A stretch of DNA of 64,000 bases, from assembly GCF_009834535.1 (NCBI RefSeq), contig NC_045696.1, positions 2,234,001-2,298,000 of the forward strand, in the 5' to 3' direction. Shown here piece by piece: positions 48,151-64,000 of this stretch. Position 1 is the first letter of the stretch. Every line of letters begins with the position of its first letter. Source of the stretch: Camelus ferus. Lineage: Eukaryota. Both the position numbers and the translations under genes were made by a program. The notes beneath the pieces were generated by a model. That model was not told where the DNA came from. It saw only the letters and a list, made by a program, of their open reading frames with translations, and searched no databases.

Positions 48151-51100
48151 CACAGGGGACTCGGCCCTCAGGGTGAGGCCTGAGCAACGCTGGGACGGCA
48201 GTGGAATCGGAGGGACTTCAGACACCGTCCTCGCCCACCCTCCTCCCTGCCTGTCCCGCAGAGCCCGGCGGGCCTGGAGAGACTGCAGGACTGATTGACA
48301 AAGGTGCAGGCTGATCTTGGAGAGAATGGGTACCAGCCAGGCTAGCGGGAGCAGCAGCACCCCCAGGCAGCAAAGGAGCTGGGACCCAGGCCCTGGAACC
48401 CGGAAGGAGCAGGACACTGGGTCAATGACCAAAGCCAGTCCTCAGAATCTGGCAGAGAGGGGCCTGGAAGGGGAGCCTCACTCCCTCTGATCCCCAGCCC
48501 GTCCTGCAGGGAGCCCACAGGCCTGGCGTGCCCAAAACAAGCCTCCCGGGGCAGAGGGCAAGGCAGGCCGGATGGAGAGTGGCCCTGGCCACAGCAGGCA
48601 GGACAGCGCAGACCCTTTCCCATATGAGGGATGTTTAGAGAATCCAGTAGTGACCACGGCTTGGTTGGCTGGATAACACCACTTTAGGTCCTAACACCAT
48701 AATGAACACGGGAGTTCCTCTGGGAAAAAGAAATCATCACACGGCAACACAGTCACCATGAAAATATTTACTTGTGATCATCGGTAAGTCAGTGAGACCA
48801 GCACAGACAGACGCGGCTCTACGGCGCTGGGAGGGGCTTTACGGCTGCAGACACGTCCACACGCGCACAGCGGGTGGGGCTGGAAGACCGAGGGGCTAGT
48901 GAAAGCACCCCGGAGCCTCACAGACTCGCCCTCGCAGCCAGGACCCAGGCTGCAGCTCTCCCCCAAGCCTCCAAAATCTGAGCTCGTCTCCAGGAAGGAA
49001 CAGGTCAGCATCGACTGGCCTGAGTCAGGGCTCCTGTGGATCCAGGTTTGCGGTCGTTGGCTGAAATCCCAGCTCAAATTCTGCATTAGGAAGTATGCAG
49101 CTTTAAACCCAAGAACATTCAAAACACCTTACACATACTTTACGTCCTTTGGGGGCTACATGGAGTCAATGCAAGATTCACTTCCACCCCCCAAAGCACT
49201 GACATCTCCGCCTGTAGCCATCAGGACGGCGGACCAAGGTATCCTGCGGGGATGTGCTAAGGCTGGAGTTCTGCTGCAGGTCTGCCTCCAGCCCCTCCTC
49301 ACTTTTCAGGGTGCACTAGGGGGCTGCTGCCAGGCTCATGGAGTCCCCTTTTCTGTCCCCCCGCCACGCCCCAACTCACCCTCCTTGAGCCAGAAGCTGG
49401 CACCTGGGTGAGAAAGTAATCAGTGGTCCAAACCCACTGGCCCAGCGCCGGCTCAGAGGCGCATGAGGGAGGGTGCCCCGTTCCGCATCCTCAGACTCAC
49501 AAGGACCAAGGCCCCCAGGTGGGGCTTCCCGAACACGGGCCTAGAGTGGTGTGCCCGCCCCTCCGCTCCAGTCTGCCCAGTCCCGCCAGGTGCAGGGCGG
49601 CCCTTGCGGGACAGCCCACGGCCTCACGAAGGCATGTCCCTCCAGGATGGTTTCCTGCAGCAGAAGAGCTGGTCCCGTACTGGTGTGGGGGCTGGGGGCG
49701 GAGGGGGACTCTGCAGGCCGGGAACTTCCTTCACCGCCACCCTCAGGCCTGGGGCCCCTCCCCGAGGCTCATCTGCAGCCAGGGTCAGGGAGGGACGCAG
49801 AGTCTGCAGCTGTGAGCACTGGGCTCTGCTCCGCTCAGACGACGGGATGCTTTGAAAACACCTGTTTGCCAGATTTTTAAAAAGAAAATCCTAGGAAGAA
49901 CTTTCCATTAATACCAAATTTTAAGATAATCTCTAAGTCAGACCTCAAGTAGCTCATGAGAGGAGCAAATGAGCGCAGCATGCCATGAGCATAACCCGCA
50001 GGAAAGGCAGGGCTGCAGTTTGCAAGGCATCGTTTAATTGGTATCTTTGCACGTTAAGGACAGATAATGTTCTGCACCGAGAACGAACTGCAGAAGTCCA
50101 CAGGGAAACACACGCTATGGAAAGCTCACAAATTTAGGAACCGTGACCTCGGGCCACGTGGCAGCATGCCTGGGCGGCAGGTCACATGCAGGGGCCCCAC
50201 TCCCCGGCAGCGCGGCACAGACCACAAAGCCTGGTTCCTATCACCAGACACACAAAAAACATCCCATAGGCGGGCGGCTGATGTGTGTAACCTACCAGGG
50301 TTGGGGCAGGGACCCCTGCCCACCTCCCTCTCCCCCCTCTGCCCTCGCTGCCCCCTGCTGGCAGAGGTCAGAAGTATGGGGCTAGATTCTGAAACCACAG
50401 CGCTGGCTGTAAAAACAAGTGGGAATTAATGACACTTCTCAGCTGCAGAAGAGCCACCAGCTACCAACTCTGCACCTGTCACAAAGCGTTGGCGGCACAG
50501 ACACACGCAGGTGCACACCAGCTCCAAGGCCACACCCATGCGGGTCCTCAATCACTGTCCTGCGAGAGACCAGCCTGACTGGCGCCCGTGGGCAGACCAC
50601 ATGGGAGGGTCTCCTGGGGGGACGACGTGCACACAGACTGACCAGGCCTCCCCAAAGCCAGGGGTCCCTCTGAGTGCCCACTCGGCACACACACCCGATG
50701 TGCTCCCTGGACAGCCAAGGGAGCCAGCTCTCCAGCGAGTCAACGCGAAGAGCCACACGGGCTGAGAAAGGAAGGCCCTGCAGCCTGGCAGTGGGACGTG
50801 CATGAGACGGAGGCTCGGTAGCCGTGCCCTTCTCGTGGGCAGAACTGAGCCTGGGGGCCGCGTGACTCCCACCCCGACTCAGAAAGCCACGACCATGCTC
50901 ACAGCATCCCTGTCGGCACGTAGTCCACTCTGCCCACTCGCACACTCCCCTCCTTCTGGTCCAGGCAGGTGCTGGGGTGCTTCTGAGCAGATCCCTGCCT
51001 GGCGGAGACATGCGAGAAGGCGGCCTGCGGCCAGGCGGGCGGCAGGGAAGGCAGGGGTTCCAGGCCGCCCCAGCACAGTGCACGGCCCTGCCGCGTGGTC

Positions 51101-54004
51101 GCAGGGCGCTGACTCAGAGGTCAGGGCTGTGCCGCACCAGGAAGACGGCCTCACGAGAAGGTGTGAAGCCCCAGCAGCTGACTGCTCTCACCTCCTGTTT
51201 TTTGCCTTCCAGCTGAGGGCTGAGTGTGAGGTTCAAGCTATGAGACGTCAGAACAGCCTGGAAAATCCGCTAAACCTGGGGCTCCGCCCACCCCCCACCC
51301 ACCGGGCCTCCTGCGCGGCTGTGAGTGGTGACGGCGGGGTGACCGCAGCAGGACCAGGCATCACGGCGCAGCCAGTGCACTCCGGCCCACGGGCCCAGCT
51401 CCGGACCTTCCACCACACCAGCAGCACCGTTCCGCCAGGCCAGGCCTAACACTGTGAGGCCCAGCACACCTGACGACTGGCTCTAACAAGTTTAAGAACA
51501 AGACATCAAAGCATCGCCGTTACCACCATGTGTTGCAAAAAAGATCGCACAGACTAACCCAGTTACCGTTGCAGAACTTGGCAATGATTCAAGACTGGTT
51601 AAAAAAGATGGACTGTATTTTGTAATTCATCTTTAAGGTCCACAGAATAAGATTTGAAATCTACACTCTGGCAGTGAGCAGGCGACTCAGGGCCAATGTC
51701 TCTCTCATCTTAAAGTAAATTATTATTCTGCATGTTACTAAACTACGGAGGGTTAAAAAAAAAGTTAATTCTAACTTGGACCCAAACTGTATCAAAAACC
51801 ACTGCCACTGGCCATGGGAAGCTTCTGGATGGGAAATCCTGAACAGAGATAGTCTGGGGCCTCTGCTGTCGCCATGACAAACAGAGTAGGTCCCCCTGAG
51901 AACGAGGCTGATACACGGGGAGCAACATCAGGACGAGAAGGACACTGCCGCGCGGGGAGGTCGGCCGTGGTTTCCCACAGACGCTCATGTTCTCCCTCCG
52001 AGCCCTGCCCTCTGCAAAGGCTCCCAGGAGCCCCGTTTCCTTCTCTTAGGACAGAGGGCTCAGGCCACAGCCTCCCCTCGTGGCTGGGGCCTTACAGCCA
52101 GGGGAGACAGGAGCGCGAGCCTCAGACCCTGCCAGAGTTCAGTTTTACGGGTGGAATGGTTCTCACTGTTCCGTTCCTGACACTGGGAAGTCAGAGGCAA
52201 CCGAACGTGAGGCCCAAACCTCTGAAATAAAACTTAAAGAACTGAGAAACCTTGTGTAAAAAAAGAAAAAGGGTTTCCCGCAGGCGGGTGGGATGGCCGT
52301 CTCCCCAGCGCTACGTGGCAGTGACAGCATTTTCCGTTAAAGGCTCTACGGGGGCCCAGGGCCGGGGGGACTGCGGCTGGCCCCTGGGCCGCCCTGCTGG
52401 GGAGGCCGCCTCCACCAGCCGCCGGCCACGGCCCTCCTCCTCCTCGGCCAGCGGGGCCCGCAGGGACCAGGAAACAAGGACACAGACACCCTGACCCGCT
52501 GGCCACTTCGGGGAGCTGAGGCCCCCTGGCCCCGCGCGCAGGCACTACTGCCCCGTCTTCGTTTCGGGGTATTTTCAACAAAGAGAAGAAAGCAGTACTG
52601 GGCGGGGGGTTGTCCTGGACCCACGGGAACGGCCATGAGAAGGTGCGGGCTCCAGGAGAGGGCTGCTTGTGGGGACAGAGCCAGGGTCGCGGACCAGGGC
52701 AGCCCTTGGAGAGCCTGCCTTCCTGGGACCCACATCCTGCAATTTCCCTGTTTCCCTCCAGGCTGTGGGTTCCCGGGAGATGCAAACAGCTGCAACCCCA
52801 GAGTCGGGGGGCGAGTGCTGAGTCTTCAGCCTACTTGCAGCCATGCCTGGGGGATCTTCACAATTCTGGGCAAAGTGGGGCCAGGGAGGTCACCCCGGCA
52901 GCAGACAACTGGACCAGTATCAGGGTTTATGCTGTGGCCTTCGGGGCCCCAGCCCACCTGAGGCATCACGGACAGCTGCTCCTCTGCAGCTCCGCCCCAC
53001 CCGCTGTGGGGAGGAGGTGGGGGCTGCGGCTGGCTCCCGCACGCCTCTTGCTTCCTGGCACCTGCTAGCACAGGACGTGGGACTGTGGCGGGAGCAACGC
53101 CGGGGACGAGGTAACTGGCCGGTGGGGTTAACACGCCAACAGTGGGGCAGGAATCACCTCTGGCCTCCGGACCTGTCTGTGCACTGACATGGGGACCCAG
53201 TGCATTTGTCACCAGCAGTCAGGGGCAAACAGCACTTAACCTGTTCCCCTAGAAACTGGGTGAGTTTTCCAAAAGGAGCCTGATGTGATCTTCCCACAGG
53301 CCGCCCTCGGCCGTACAGCGCCTCTGTCCTGTTGCCCAGCGGGTCCCTGGAAATGCTGTGAGTCACAAGGCAGTCCCCTGACACGCGTGAGATCTGCGGA
53401 TTTGGGGGGTCCAGGGAAGGTCCCCGCCAAAGTGGCTGTGCAGGGCCTGCGCCTGAGCTGCAGGAGCCTGTCCAGGCCACGGACAAAAGTGGAGTATCTG
53501 AACCCCCGGGGGCCTGCCCTGTGGAGAAGTAAGAGGCAAAAAGTTGTGAACTAGGAACACAGGACAGGTCAGACCAAGAAGACAGACATTCGGCATCACC
53601 CTTCTGGACAGGGACGGCTGACCTCCGACTTGCTCTCAGAGAGGCAGACGCGGGCGTCCCCGGGCCCCACACTCGGGATGGGGACCTACCACGCATCCCA
53701 AGCCATCCCAGAGCCCGGGAAGGACGCCCCTGAGATGTGGACATGGAGCTGCTTTTCTAGGGGGGCCTGGGGGCCTTGGGGGAGGGGAGCTGGGGTCCCA
53801 AACTACAAACACCTGTGATCACTTAGTTACTTTTAAAAAGCACAACTGGCACATTTTCACAATTAAGACCAGTGGATGCTGGACACTCACGAAAGAAAAA
53901 ATATCAAGTTTCGGTCACAGCTCTAAGGCAGACATTACACTTTTCACAAGGACGAAAACGGGGACACCTAACACTGCGTCACAGGAGGCGGAGATGCGCG
54001 GCCC

Positions 54005-62212
<8,208 letters not shown>

Positions 62213-62919
62213 CTGCAAAATGGACAGAGAAGGACCAGGCTTAAGAGAGCAGGCCGGGCTGCCACTGACCCACAGAGGGTGCCCAACAATGGCCTGGGCA
62301 GGCTGGAGGGTCCCCAGTCGGCCTCGGCCCCCACAATCCCTGTATCTAATAGGGAATGTGTTGGGGAGCAACCAGCCCAAAGGGCCCAGGTTGGGAGGCC
62401 GAGGCCCACCTCCTGCAACTCAATGGCTCACTTCCAGAAATCCCCCCAAATGTGTCATCTGTTCGGACACCCAGAGGGCAGTGAGGCCGTCTCAGTTCTG
62501 GCCCCGTCCAGTGAGAGGCAAGGCCAAGGGCGCCACCCACACCCCCCGGGAGCCCAGCCTGTTGCCCCTCCATCACCACGCGTCCACCGGGAGAAAGGCA
62601 CCCAGCCCAGAGCCAAAGGCCCCCAGAACAATCACAGCGACAGACCCGTACGCCTTCAGGGAGGGACCACCCCACACCCCAGCCTCACGCCAGCCCCTCA
62701 TCTGGGCCTCCAGCCTCTATGGAGGCGCCAGTTAAGGGAGGGGAGGGGGTGGCACTGGTGCCAAGGGAGCTCCCACCCAGCCCCAAGAAAGCTCATCCAC
62801 AGCAGACGAAGCAAGTGACGGGGGAAAGCTAAAGCCAGCACTGAGATAGCAGCTAAGCTTATAAAAACTAGGAGCTCCCTTTTTAATAAAAGGGCAGAAA
62901 GCTGGTGTCTACAATGGCC

Positions 62920-63032
62920 GGGGTGGGGCGGGGGAGGGTGTAGCTCAGTAGAAAGGTGCGTGCTGAGTGCGCACGAGGTCCTGGGCTCTATCCTCAGTAC
63001 CTCCATTAAAAACGTAAAAAATAAATAAAACA
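62920..63032 (+). mobile_element. tRNA-Ala-derived SINE (Vic-1-like) with A-rich tail
   Basis: GGGGAGGGTGTAGCTCAGT...GCACGAGGTCCTGGG...CAGTACCTCCATTAAAAA; AATGGCC on both flanks. Confidence 0.8.
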
Positions 63033-63144
63033 GAATGGCCTGAGGACCACACAGCCAAGGCTGACAACCGCGCACTCACGACACGGCGAGTCCCGGGGCG
63101 GTTCTTCCTTCTGCTTGTGTTCACTCTCCTGTTTTTCCACATTT

Positions 63145-63421
63145 AATAGGCGCTGGAAATCTCGAACTCCCCATCCATCCCTTCCCACCTGCTTCCCCCC
63201 CCCCCCCCGCCCCGTAACCATGCGTTTGTTTTCTACGGCTGTGAGTCTGTCTCTGTTTTGTAATAAGTTCATCGTGCAGCACGGGAAACTGTATTCAGTA
63301 CCTTGTAGTGACCAGCAATGGAAACTATGGAGGGTGTTGTGCGTGTACGTCTGACTAAAACATGGCGCTGCACACCAGAAACTGACACATAAGCTGACTA
63401 CACTTCAATTTAAAAAAAAAA
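63145..63421. mobile_element. L1 3' fragment with internal 5' inversion
   Basis: 63145-63272 is reverse-complement L1 3' UTR; 63273-63421 is the sense L1 3' end ending CTGACTACACTTCAATTTAAAAAAAAA. Confidence 0.75.
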
Positions 63422-64000
63422 TGTATTGGTTCCCTCAGGGGAATCGAGGTACAGGACACTGCAGATCCTCCTGGGGGGGTCGGGGTGGGGGATGAACCAC
63501 ACTCCCTGTGAGGCCCCCCCGTGCCCCTCAGCCGTCAGAGGTGCTGGGCGTCAGGATCCAGGACCCCCCGGCCCGCCTCCCAGCCTTGGTGTCCTGCCCT
63601 GACCCTGCGTCCCCATCAGGCCCCACCAGCATCTTCCACCTGCCTCTTCCAGGCTGGTCCCCCACCCCCGGCATCACTGCAGGCAGCCCTGGGACAATGG
63701 CCCTGCTGTGTAGTCCCCTCCCCACCCCCCGAGGGTATCCGGTGCGTCCCTCTGCAGGGCTGGCCGTCCCAGCTGCCCAAGGAACACTGCCCAACAGGGC
63801 AGGAAGGCCTCTGGTGCAGGGCCGGGTGCTCAGGGGCACAGCCGTGAACCCCCACCCACCCCGAAGGAGCGATCTCACAAGCTGGAGTAGCAGAAAAGAC
63901 AGCGCACAGCACGGTTATCTGAGAATCTCAGTACCTGCGGACGGGACGCAGATGAGAGTGGGCCCTGCACCTGCAGAGCCTCCCAGAGACAAAAGGGCGA

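Noticed and set aside
25200..50000. Second stefin/cystatin paralog near CSTB
   Set aside because: I saw no further QxVxG-type exon or stefin-like peptide in the ORF track or by reading. A highly decayed copy cannot be excluded without tBLASTn.
62213..64000. PDXK exon 1
   Set aside because: No MEEECRVLSIQSHV-like peptide or CpG-island promoter here; exon 1 must lie beyond the window.

Overview
GC-rich mammalian genomic DNA, probably camelid (inferred from tRNA-Ala-derived Vic-1-like SINEs). It is syntenic with the human 21q22.3 RRP1-CSTB-PDXK block, seen here in reverse orientation. It contains the complete 13-exon RRP1 CDS (minus strand, 24966 to 12755), the complete 3-exon CSTB/stefin B CDS (plus, 36626-39971, 98 aa) and PDXK exons 2-11 (minus, 62212 to 54005; exon 1 lies beyond the window). 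All exons were placed by hand on GT-AG boundaries with consistent phases. The rest is introns, CpG-island promoters, a U6 retrocopy and many L1, ERV-LTR, MaLR, SINE and hAT relics. I see no evidence of a wholly new multi-gene system. The best leads are an apparent 1-nt frameshift in the last RRP1 exon, three CRE sites on a 40-bp repeat in the RRP1 promoter, a U6/L1-type chimeric retrocopy, CSTB promoter motifs (CLEAR palindrome; direct repeat near the EPM1-dodecamer position), unusual retro-insertions, and a speculative spliced transcript tail-to-tail with RRP1. Comparisons with human sequences and repeat family names are from memory, not from searches.
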